Shown here piece by piece: positions 12,141 to 23,464 of a stretch of DNA of 64,000 nucleotides. Origin of the DNA: Mobula hypostoma (taxonomy: Eukaryota); assembly GCF_963921235.1 (NCBI RefSeq), contig NC_086097.1, forward strand, positions 107,510,001 to 107,574,000, in the 5' to 3' direction. The notes beneath the pieces were generated by a model. It had not been told where the DNA came from. It was given only the letters and a program-made list of their open reading frames with translations, and ran no database searches. The first letter of the stretch is position 1. The number at the start of each line of letters is the position of its first letter. A program made the position numbers and the translations under genes.

Positions 12141-12452
12141 CAGTGGTCCCCAACCTCCGGGCCGCGGACCGATACATTGCCGCGAAGAATGCAGCAGTGC
12201 AGCAGTGGCTGGGATGCACCCAGCACATCTTTAAGAAAAAAAACAAAATAAACAAGCTAATTAATTTGGTGCTGCCCGGCACGCAAATGTCGGCCCAGAT
12301 CAGCGGCAACACAATTGGCAATCGCCTCTGGCCTGGGCTGACATTTACGTGCAGGGTGGCACCTAATTAATTAGCTTGTTTATTTTGGCTTTTTTCTTAA
12401 AGATGTATCGCGGCAATGTATCGGTCCGCGGCCCGGAGGTTGGGAACCACTG
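12141..12452. mobile_element. hAT (Charlie-like) palindromic MITE
   Basis: Termini CAGTGGTCCCCAACC...GGTTGGGAACCACTG, long internal inverted repeats, flanking duplication of (TG)CTAGCT. Confidence 0.85.
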
Positions 12453-12799
12453 CTAGCTGACACCTACAAGATCAATTACGTTAAGGAATTGTCAGGGCTT
12501 CCCTTGTAATGAAAAAAATTGTGCTGGTTGGTTTTTAGCAAAGAGACAGATTTCAGGGGAAGGTTCTTTCGTTGCCAATTGAACCTATGTTTTGATGAAA
12601 GTGTTTAGGAACCTCAGAGTAGCATTTTTCACGTGAATATAGTTGCTTCCATGGATAATGATGTCTATTATTTAGAATCTACTGTTATCGGCCTTTTGTG
12701 GATATTATTATATTACTTCTCAGCTAAGTCATTTTAGCAGTTTTGATCTCTTTGATGCATATCAAAGAGAGATTGGGTGCTATGGTACTGTAGCGGTTA

Positions 12800-14416
12800 C
12801 AGGTGTCCCCCGCTTTTCGAACGTTCGCTTTACGAAGCCTCACTGTTACGAAAGACCTACATCAGTTCCCTGTTTTCCCTAACAGAAGGTGTTTTCACTG
12901 TTATGAAAAAAGGCAGCGCGTGGGAAAAGCAGCGCGCAAAAAAAGGAACGCATGAAAAAAACAGTGCACGCCCCAAGCAGCTGCTCTCCTCCGGATTCAG
13001 AACGGCATTTCTGGCTGGCATTGCTTTAACACGTACCTGTGAGCATCTGTGCTTTATCTTGATTTATCTTGAGCATCCGTTTGCAAGATGAGTTCTCAGA
13101 TGTCGGAAAAGCCTCAAAGAGCTCGTACCGGTGTTATACTTAGCGTAAAACTAAACATAATTAAGTGTTTCGATCGTGGTGAACGAAGTAAGGACAAAGT
13201 GAGTTTGGCATGTGAAAGTTGACAAAGATGATGTTGAAGAGGTTTTGGCATCCCATGAACAAGAACTGATAGATGAAGAGCTGATGCAATTGGAAGAGGA
13301 AAGGATAACAATTGAAACCGAAGCAACTGCGTGAGATTTTCACTGCAATGATAAAGTAAGACTTTAATTTTGAAAGGTTATGTCGGTTTAGGGCATATTT
13401 ACAAGATGGTTTACAAAGAACTGTATGATAGAAAAATGCGCGAGGCTAAGCAGTCAAGCATACTGTCATTTTTCAAGCCTTCCACATCAGCCACAGCAGA
13501 CGACGAACCTCGACCTTCGACATCGAAGCAGGCAGACATAGAAGAAGATGACCTGCCCACCCTGATCGACGATGAGAAGACACCCCAGTGTCCCACCACC
13601 CCAACCCCCGGGTCGCGGACAGATAACGATTCGTGGAGAATGCAGCGGTAGCCGGGAGGCACCCAGATCGTCCTTAAGAAAAAAGCGGAAATCAACAAGC
13701 TAATTAATTAGGTGCCACCTGGCACGTAAATGTCGGCTCAGATCAGAGCCGATTGCGTCGCCTGTGATCTGGGCTGACATTTCCGTGCCGGGCGGCACCT
13801 AATTAATTAGCTTGTATATTTCAACTTTTTTTTTAAAGATCTGCTGCGTGTTCCTGGCCACTGCTGAACCCCTGCATGCTTCGCGGATCAGTATTGGTTC
13901 GCTGCCCGGAGGGTGGGGACCACTGCACCACCCCAACCTCCGACGACTCAGTCGAACACACCATCATCAGTGGGCTCGGCGCTGTCTTCCTGATTCCCGT
14001 AAGTGATACTACACTGTACATACATTATTTCTACTTTATATAGGCTGTGAATTTTTAGGTGTTATTTGGTATGATTTGGCAGCTTCATAGCTTAAAGGTT
14101 ACTGGAGAGTGTTTTTGCCAAGAGCGCTCGCGTGAGATTTTCGCTATGGAGAACAGTGCAGCAATGATTGTGGAAAAGTATTTCTACTTTATATAGGCTG
14201 TGTATTTATCATATCATTCCTGCTTTTACTATATGTTACTGTTATTTCAGGTTTTATGTGTTATTTGGCATAATCTGGTAGGTTATTTTTGGGTCTGCGA
14301 ATGCTTACAAATTTTTCCCATATAAATAAATGGTAATTGCTTGTTTCCTTGACAACATTCCAGCTTACGAACCATTTCATAGGAAGGCTCTACCTTCGGA
14401 TGGCGTGGGAAACCTG
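12800..14416 (+). mobile_element. Tigger/pogo-like DNA transposon, internal deletion derivative
   Basis: TA|CAGGTGTCCCCCGC...GCGTGGGAAACCTG|TA; N-terminal MSSQMSEKPQRARTGVILSVKLNIIKCFDRGER (~13088) and C-terminal YKELYDRKMREAKQSSILSFFKPSTS; DDE core missing. Confidence 0.8.
13599..13925. mobile_element. hAT MITE (same family as 12141-12452) nested in the Tigger element
   Basis: Shared AACAAGCTAATTAATTAGGTGCC arms and GGGGACCACTG end; left TIR partly lost. Confidence 0.8.
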
Positions 14417-14472
14417 TATTGTGATATTATTACTGCCTGGGCATTGGAGTTCAGAGTCCATTTCTGATACTA

Positions 14473-15309
14473 AACACAAAATAATCTGCAGATGCTGGGG
14501 TCAAAGCAACACTCACAACATGCTGGAGGAACTCAGCAGGTCGGGCAACATCCGTGGAAATGATGAGTTGACGTTTTGGGCCGGAACTCTTCGTCAGGTC
14601 TATAGGGGGAAGGGGCAGAGGCCCTATAAAGAAGGTGGGGGGAGGGTGGGAAGGAGAAGGCTGGTAGGTTCCAGGTGAAAAACCAGTAAGGGGAAAGATG
14701 AAGGGGTGGGGGAGGGGAAGCAGGGAGGTGATAGGTGGAAAAGTTGAAGAAGGAATAGGGGAAAACACAATAGGTAGTAGAAGGAGGTGGGACCATGAGG
14801 GAGGTGGTAGGCAGCTGGGGAAGGGGCAGAGTGACATAGGGATAGAGGAAGGGAGGGGGAGGGAATTACCAGAAGTTGGAGAATTCTATGTTCATACCAA
14901 GGGGCTGGAGACTACCTAGACGGTATATGAGGTGTTGAACATAGAATTCTCGAACTTCCGGTAATTCCCTCCCCCTCCCTTCCCCTATCCCTATGTCACT
15001 CTGCCCCCTCCCCCAGCTGCCTACCACCTCCCTCATGGTCCCACCTCCTTCTATTGTGTTTTCCCCTATTCTTTCTTCACCTTTCCTGCCTATCACCTCT
15101 CTGCCTCCCTTCCCCCACCCCTTTATCTTTCCCCTTACTGGTTTTTCTCCTGGAACCTACCAGCCTTCTCCTTCCCACCCAACCCCACCTTCTTTATAGG
15201 GCCTCTGCCTCTTCCCCCTACAGTCCTGACGAAGGGTTCCGGTCCGAAATGTCAACTCATCGTCTCCACCGATGCTGCCCGACCTGCTGAGTTCCTCCAG
15301 CATGTTGTG
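14473..15309. mobile_element. Penelope-like element remnant as an inverted pair of pLTRs
   Basis: 14515-14900 is the reverse complement of ~14940-15309; flanked by 13-bp duplication ATTTCTGATACTA (14460-14472, 15310-15322); encodes HLIYRLGSLQPLGMNIEFSNF (end of GIY-YIG ORF). Confidence 0.85.
15221..15257 (+). ncRNA. Minimal hammerhead ribozyme motif (PLE-type)
   Basis: CAGTC-CTGACGA-AGGGTTCCGGTCC-GAAA-TGTC-AACT. Confidence 0.6.
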
Positions 15310-15540
15310 ATTTCTGATACTATCTGTAAGGAGTTTGTACCTCCTCTCCATGGTCTTTCCCCGGTTGTTTTCTCCAGGTGCTGTGGTTTCCTCCCATGGT
15401 CCAAAGGTGTACAGGTTAGAAAGTTAATTAGTCATTGTAAATAGTCCTGTGATTACGCTAGGATTAAATAGGTGGGTTGCTAGGCGGTGCGACTCGCCAG
15501 GCTGGAAGGCTCTGTTCCATACCGCATCTCTAAATCTGTA
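15310..15540 (+). mobile_element. V-SINE/HE1-like SINE (5' part at ~14420-14472, split by the PLE insertion)
   Basis: GGAGTTTGTAC...GGTTTCCTCCCA..GTCCAAAG.TGTACAGGTTAG...TTGTAAAT resembles the V-SINE core. Confidence 0.55.
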
Positions 15541-15789
15541 CCATTCATAGTTTTCCTAACTTCACAGATAGTATTAGAGAGGACTTCCTGGACACAATAC
15601 ATCCAAGTATATGACTGGGTTATTGTTAACAATCACATGGTGCAGAGTATATGGTCAGAGTTTTGAGAGTTTCTAGTAAAATTGTACGCTATTATCACTC
15701 CTTGCATTTAGGGCTTAATCTAATATTGATGCCAATATTTGGGTCTTATTTTATGCTTAATTTTTTATGGGAATATTGATTTATAGCAC

Positions 15790-16215
15790 AGGTATCCTAC
15801 CTGCCCATTATGCTGTTGGCTTTAAGGAGAGCAATGAAGGTCCTCCATCTCTGGTGGTGTTTAGGGCTTCCTTCATCTTGCCAGTAGTTTCCACTTGGTT
15901 TTCACAACTCTCAGCCACGCAAGTCCCAGGTGGAGACTCAGGAAAACCATCACACGCAGATGTAGAAAGATTCTTCATTGCTGTTTCCATAAGAGTTTTG
16001 TTTTACCATTCAGGGTTGTTAGCCCTGAGATGAACCTCTGAACCTGAGAGGACCAGTGGACCACTCTTAGTCTGTCCTCTACCTTTTAACCTGTTTGGCA
16101 TGGGTGACCCTACCAAGAGCCAAAGCATAAGGGCCTGATTCCAGCCAACATAGCTCTCCAAGTCTTTAGGGCACACAGATCTCCAAACCACGACAAGGTT
16201 GTGGTCCTCTTGGAG
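15790..16215 (-). mobile_element. Probable RTE-related non-autonomous fragment
   Basis: TGTTTGGCATGGGTGACCCTACCA...CCAGCCAACATAGCTCTC...CCACGACAAGG resembles the reverse of RTE 5' regions; from recall only. Confidence 0.35.
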
Positions 16216-17291
16216 GATAGAACAGGTACAGTGTGCATAAAAGTGTTCCTGATGGAGATGATAGTTAGCAATATGTAGCAACTGTTGTAAGAAGAGTGAT
16301 TGGATTGGTCAGATCTGTTTGCATAGTTTAATCATTGAGGCTACAATCTCAGAATACACACTAAAATGAAAGACATTTAAAACTGACATAGGAAGGAATT
16401 CCAGAGAATGCTAAGCCTGTGGAATTAGCTACTTAAGAACACACTGGAGGCCAAGTCATTGAACATACTTAAGGAGGAACCAGATACTACAATGGCAATC
16501 AATGCCAATGAGAAAAGACAAGAAAATGGTATTGAGTTAGCTGATGAACCATGATAGTTCAGGCCAAAAGGGTCAAATAACTGAGTCCTACTTTCAATGT
16601 TCCTTTGATTCTCCATAATCTCTTCACTTGCAACATAACTGTCAGCTTGAACTTTCATCGTCCTATAAGCATCAGTCAGAAAAGCCTAATTCTGCACATC
16701 TCTGAACTGTACAACTCTAACTCTTTTTCTGTATTAGCAAATCCAATTAGTTCATATCAACACACCTTAGCTCCAGGCTACTATTATGAGATTCCAAATT
16801 TATTTCCCTGGAAAGATATGTGGATGGCAACCCTAAGACATTAGCTTCCAAGTCGAAACATTTTACATTCAACAACCACATAGTAACACCCTCCCTACAT
16901 ATAATCAGCCGCCACCCCTTCTACTCACCACCACCACCCTGCCCCCCGATGCTGGTTGGCAAAATATCACTGAACACATAGGTAGAAATCAAAATCAGAT
17001 ATTCAGAAGTTTGACCCACAGTACTGTGCCTTTCCTCCAGAAAGGACATGCAGAACTGTACTGCAGTGACTCGCTGCATGCTACACTCCACAGTCAAACC
17101 AAGGGAAGCAAGTAGGACACAGACAAAAATAAAGAAACATGCTTAAATAAGACCAACATCTTCACCTCAAGGACAAACCTTTGGTCTTGCTAACGTAAAT
17201 GCTGTGTAGTAGATGCAGGAAAATTACTGGTGACTATTGGTTCAATTACAACAGAGCCAATGGCAACCAGTGAACCAGAGATCACTGACTT

Positions 17292-19800
17292 GATCATAAG
17301 ATATTGAAGCAGAATTTGGCAACTCAGACCATCAAGTCTGCTCTGCCATTCCATCATGGATGATTTATTATCCCTCTCAAGCCTATTCTCCTGTCTTCTC
17401 CCCGTAATCTTTGGTACCCAGGCCAACCAAAAACCTACCAACCTTCACTTTAAATATACTCAATGACTTGGCCTCCACAGCCCTCCATGTTAATGAATTA
17501 AATAGATTCACCACCCTCTGGCCAAAAAAATTCCTTCTCATCTCTTCTAAATAGACATCCCTCTATTCTGAGGCTGTGCCCTCTGTTCCTCGACTCACCC
17601 ACTATAGGAAACATCCACTCCACGTCCACTCTATCTAGTCCTTTCAATACTCCGTGGGTTTCAATGTGATCCCCCCACTCCCTCGTTCTTCTAAACTCCA
17701 GCAAGAACAGGCCCAGAGCCATCAATTGCCTCTCATATGTGAACAACTTTCATTTTTGGAATCATTCCATGAATGTCCTCTGGACCCGCTCCAATGCCTG
17801 CACATCTTTTCTGAGAAAAGTGACCCAGAACAGCTTAGAGTACTCTAAGTGCTGTTTAACCATAGTCATAGTCATACTTTATTGACCCCGGGGGAAATAA
17901 CCATTGCCTTATAAAGCCTCAACGTCACATTCTTGATCTTATATTTTAGTCCTGCACAAAGCCTTCTGATTTTGCACTTCTGATTTTTGAATTTTCTCCC
18001 CATTTATAAAATAGTCTATGCCTTTATTCCTTCTAACAAGTTGCAAGACTATTCACTTCCCTACACTATATTCTATCTGCCACTTTGCCCATTCTCCTAA
18101 TCTGTGTAAATCCTTGTGCAGACTCCCTGCTTCCTCAACACTACCTGCCCCTCCCCCTATCTTTCTATCATCTGCAAACTTGGCCACAAAGCCATCAATT
18201 CCGCCATCCAGATCATTGACATATAACGAGAACTGGTCCCAATACTGACCCCTGCGGAACACTACCAGTCACCGGCAGCTAACTACTATAGACCCTCTTT
18301 ATTCTGAATCTTTGCCTCCTGCCAGTCAAGCAATCTTCTATCCATCATCTTTCCTGTAAAACCATGGTCCCTTTTCATGTTAAGCCACCTCATGTGTTGC
18401 ACCTTGTCAAAGGCCTTCTGAAAATCCAAGTGAACAACATCTACTGACTCTCCTTTGTCTATCCTGCCTGTTATTTCCTTAAGGAATGCCAACAGTTTTC
18501 TCAGGCAATATTTCACCTGAAGGAAACCATGCTGAATATGGCCTACTTTATCATGCACCTTCAAGAATCCCAAAACCTCTTTCTTAGTAATGGACTCCAA
18601 CTACTGAATTCAGGCCATCAGGCCTATAATTTTCTTTCTTCTGCCTCGCTCCCTTCTTAAAGAGTGGAGTGACATTTGCAATTTTCCAGTCCTCCAGAAC
18701 CATTCAAGAGTCTACTGATTCTTGAAAATTCATTACTAATGCCTCCACAATCTCTTCAGCTACCTCCTTCAAAACCCTGAAGTATAGTCCATCTGGCACA
18801 GGTGACTTATCTACACTCAGACCTTTCAGTTTCCCAAGCACCTTCTCCCTAGTATTAGCAACTGTCTTCAATTTCTAACATATTGCTAGTGTCTTCCAGT
18901 GAATACTGAAGTAAAATACATATTAAGTTCGTCGCCATTCCTTTGTCCCCCATTAATAATTCTCCAGCGTCATTTTTCTGTGGTCCAATAACCACTCTCG
19001 TCTCCTTTTTACTCTTTATATATCTCAAAAACTTTTGGTACCCTCCTTGATATTATTAGCTAACTTCCCTTCATATTTCATCTTTTCTTTCCTTATGTTT
19101 ATTTTGGTTGCGTTCTGTTGTTCTTTAAAAGCTTCCCAATTCTCTTAACTTCGACTTATCTTTGCTATATCTTATGCCCTCTCTTTTGCTCTTATACTGT
19201 CTTTGACTTCCTTTGTCAGTCATGGTTGCCTCATTCTCCCATTAGAATACTTATTCATTTTTGGGATATATATACTGTATATATCCTGCGCCTTCTAACT
19301 TGCTTCCAGAAATTCCAGACATTGCTGCCTTGCCATAATCTCTGCTAATGTCCCCTTCCAATCAGCTCCTCTCTCATCTCCCTTTACTCCACTGCAATAC
19401 TGATACATCTGACTTTATCTTCTCCCTCTCAAACTGCAGAGTGAATTCTATCATATTATGATCATCCACCCCTAAGGGTTCCTTTACCTTAAGCTCCCTA
19501 ATCAATCCAAAATTGCCTTTGCCACTGCAACCACAAGCTCAACCACAAGCCACTGTAAAAATCCATCTCATAGGCATTCTACAAATTCCACCTCTTGGGA
19601 TCCAGCCTGATTTTCTGGTATGACTATCTGCATATTGAAATCTGTCATGACTATCATAACATTGCCCTTACCTCATGCCTTCTCTACTTCTTGTTGAAAT
19701 TTCTATCCCACATCCTGGCTACTGGTCGGGGCCTGTATATAACTCCCATCAGGGTCTTTTTACCCTTGCAGTTTCTTAACTGTACCTACAAGGAATCTAC
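17292..19800 (-). mobile_element. Degenerate CR1-type LINE (EN-RT-3' UTR)
   Basis: Fragments VHLDFQKAFDKV (18286-18600), FVAKFADD (18053-18262), GLDRVDVE (17498-17746); many stops. Confidence 0.85.
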
Positions 19801-21786
19801 CTACGTAACACCCATACCCAATTCTTCTCAACATTTTGCTCCCTCTCATCCAATGTTTCTTCAGTATCTAATCAATCCTAGTCAACTGCTGATCTGTTCC
19901 CCTATTCAGTTTCAACTTCTCAATTTCTCTACCAGTAACACCAACTGTACGGTGTGGTCTTTGCCATACAGTAAGTCTTGCTTTCACTGAAATAGAACTT
20001 GAAAACCTTTCACTCAAAGGCCAGACTAACGAGGCACTGAAAACAGTCACATTTTAAAAATTGATAACATCATGAAAGCATGAATCACAGCTATAGCTTT
20101 TTACATTATTTATACCAGATATTTTCTTAAGTTGAAATCGTATAATATCTGTACTTAGGCCTCTAACTATCTATACTTTAACATCTGTTAATTTTTATTT
20201 GATTCTTTATTATAATTAATGAATGTTGTTGTTTTGTTGCATGTCACCACACCTAATTCCTAATACATGTAAATGCATATGGTGAATCAAGTTGATTCTT
20301 GATTTGTCAACAATATTGACTTCTCCAATTTAATGGTAGCCATAATTCTGCTCATTTGCAAGACCAAAGATTCAAAGTACATTAATTGTCAAAGTATGTA
20401 TACAGTATACAACCCTAAGATTCATCTTCCCACAGACAGCTTGAAACAAAGAAAACCACAAAACCCATTCAAAGAAAAATATCAAACCCACAATCATGTC
20501 ATCGACAAAAAATGACCAAAAATCACATCGAACTACAAAGTCAATAAAAAGTCCAGGAATGTTCAGTTTCAGCTCAGTTCAGTTCAATCTAGCACTCTGT
20601 TGTTAATCAACTGCAGGCCGCAGAACCAGTCTGCGCTGATCAAAATCACACAAAATTGCAACAAAGTGAAAAAGCGACCAGAAATCAAAAACACATCATC
20701 ATCACAGTACAGTTCACAAACTGTGTTGCGTAAACCTTGCCCAAGACCCAAAACTCTGGCACCCATTCTCCAGCAGCAATGTGAGACAGAGAGAGACAGA
20801 TCAATCAATCTCTAATGCAGGCACCTTCTTCCAGCAGCAATGAGCGAGAGTAAGAGGAACTTGCAGGCAGATGACACTGAACATCTGCTCAACTACTGCT
20901 GTTGTCCTCATTGATTTCAATTGTCCTTGACACTTTAATTAGCAAGATTTGTGAGAAATGGGGAAGATTGCAGGCTTCTTGGCCTACAGGCCACACACTT
21001 CGCTCAAAACCTCTCCGAACTCCCTTGGAGTTAGCAAAGCGCAGGTTGCTCAATCGGCCTAAAAACACACCATCAAAATGTAGATCACAGTCTCCAATAG
21101 TAGATGAATCATATTTGAAAGAAGTAGTAGCAAAGGAAGTAAAAGAAGTAATTTCATGAACTGTCTGAAGGACATCACTTTCAGTTGCATTATTCGTTAG
21201 CGCCATCTTCTCCATTGCCTCGATTTGTAAACACTATTAACTTCTCCAATTCAAAGGCAGCCATAAATGTGCTCTTTCACAAAACCAAGGATGTTCCATG
21301 TTCATTGTCCCACCTATTACAAAGTATCACAAAAAATCTGAAAAATATATTTGTATAAGACGGTTGTTTGAATACTGAGCAGCAATTCAGTCTGCTGCAG
21401 GTACTTCCCTCAGTTGGAAACATGGATTAATAAAGGTTTTGCTTATTTTCTCAAGAAAAAAAAATGAATTAGATATCTAACTTCCGCACCTGGGTTTCTT
21501 ATCTGTCAATAGATAGTGTGAGATGGTAGAATTGTCAGGACAGAGCTGGGCAAAATAGTTGCTTGGCTGTTATAATTTATGGTATCTGATCACTTCTGAA
21601 TCAATCCATTACACATAGGGATACTGATATTTAGCGACAGTTCAACATTCAGATTTCCTAATGACACTATAACATTGAAATTGCGAAATATGATAGCAAC
21701 AAAGTTATAAGGCAAACTGGATTATGATCTGAGTTAAGTTTTCCTAAACTTTACAAACTAATTAAATATTCTTGAATTGAATCCGG

Positions 21787-22353
21787 AGTGGCCACTTTAT
21801 TAGGTATACATGCACCTGATCATTATTGCAAACATCTAATTAGCCAATCATGAGGCAGCAGCTCAGGGCATAAAGCATGCAGACATGGTGAAGAGGTTCA
21901 GTTGTTGTTCAGGCCAAACATTAAAATGGGGAAGAATTGTGATCTCAGTGACTTTGACCATGGAATGATCATTGGTGCCAGTCAGGGTGGTTTGAGTATC
22001 TCAGAAACTGCTGATCTCCTGGGATTTTCATGCAAACAGTCTCTGGAGTTTACAGAGAATGGTGTGAGAAACAAAAAAAGAACATTCAGTGAGCAGCAGT
22101 TCTGTCAGCAAAAATGCCTCGTTAATGAGAGAGGTCAGAGGAGAAATAGCCAGACTAGTTCAAGCTAACAGGAAGGCGACAGTAACTCGGATAGCCATGT
22201 GTTGAAATAATGGTGTGCAGAAAAGCATCTCTGAATGCACAATATCTTGAGCCTTGAAGTGGATGGGCTGCAGCAGCAGAAGACCACAAACATACACTCA
22301 ATGACCACTTTATTAGGTACAGGAGGTAGCTAATAAAGTGGCCACTGAGTGTA
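21787..22353 (+). mobile_element. Tc1-like non-autonomous element
   Basis: GAGTGGCCACTTTATTAGGTA ... TAATAAAGTGGCCACTGAGTG|TA; transposase HTH remnant MGKNCDLSDFDHGMIIGA...SISETADLLGFS. Confidence 0.8.
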
Positions 22354-23109
22354 AATTATCCTACAAACTGATGAAAAAATTGACCTGTGCAAAAAACTAT
22401 ACAAACTCAAGACTGCACCTATAACCTCCAGACTAATTCTAAGAAAAAAAAGGTCCACAAAAATAAGGTAGAATTTCTAATTCTAATTAATTTCTTCCAG
22501 AAATGAAAAATAGGATTACCATTTGTGGGGGTAGGAGATCACAAATATTAAACAACAGCAGAGCAGGGAAAATAGGATGCTGGTTTTCTTCAGCAATAAG
22601 CTGCACTAAATTCTAATAAACAACTACACAGATGGAGATGAAAAGCGCAGTTCCAACATTATAACTTTATTATTCAAAGCAATTTAAATGAGCTACCAAC
22701 AGCATCTCAATGATAAACTCAATCTGGAGAGCCTTGCAATACTAAGTGTCTTACACAATCTATATGCCCCAAAACTAGAGATAACACAACCTGATAGATA
22801 AACCCATTTCTACACAAATTCCATTTGTAGTTGTGTGGGTGACAGCCCATACCAAAATGCTACTAGTTTGTTTGCTGTACTAGGAATACATCCTTTCTCC
22901 CTTTCCACTTAGGATTCACAGTAACTGTAATGCATTTACTTTCATGCCTAAATAACCATGTCATCTTTTGCCCTCACTAACCAATTCAGACCTCGGGTTT
23001 CTGATGTCACAAATGAAGAAACCAATTCTTTTTTGAAAAATGAATACTAATTCAAAATTATGGTAAACTTATTTTTTCAAAGAATTCTCTGCAAAGTTGA
23101 TCATTGTGC

Positions 23110-23460
23110 CCCAATAACAATCTCCGACACAGTTCTATACAGAAAAAAACTGCAATTGAAATCCCCAAACCCCTCCACCACAGAAAAAACAGCACGAACA
23201 ACAACACTAACCTCCTCCCTCAGAAAAAAACAGCTATAACAATCCCCAACCCCTCCCCTCAGAAAAAAACAGCAATAACTATCCCTGACCCTCTCCCCCA
23301 CAGAATAAAAGAGCAATAACAATCTCTGACCCCCTCCCCACTGAAAAAATAGCAACAATATAATCTGCAATACAATCACTCAGAGACAACAGCAACACAT
23401 CCACAATCGCTTTCCCACAGAAAAAAATGTGACCAACCCCTTCAAATGCAAAAAAGAACA
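23110..23460 (+). repeat. Degenerate ~40-bp tandem repeat (CAGAAAAAAACAGCAATAACAATCCCCAACCCCTCCC)
   Basis: Several imperfect copies seen directly. Confidence 0.7.
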
Positions 23461-23464
23461 GCGA

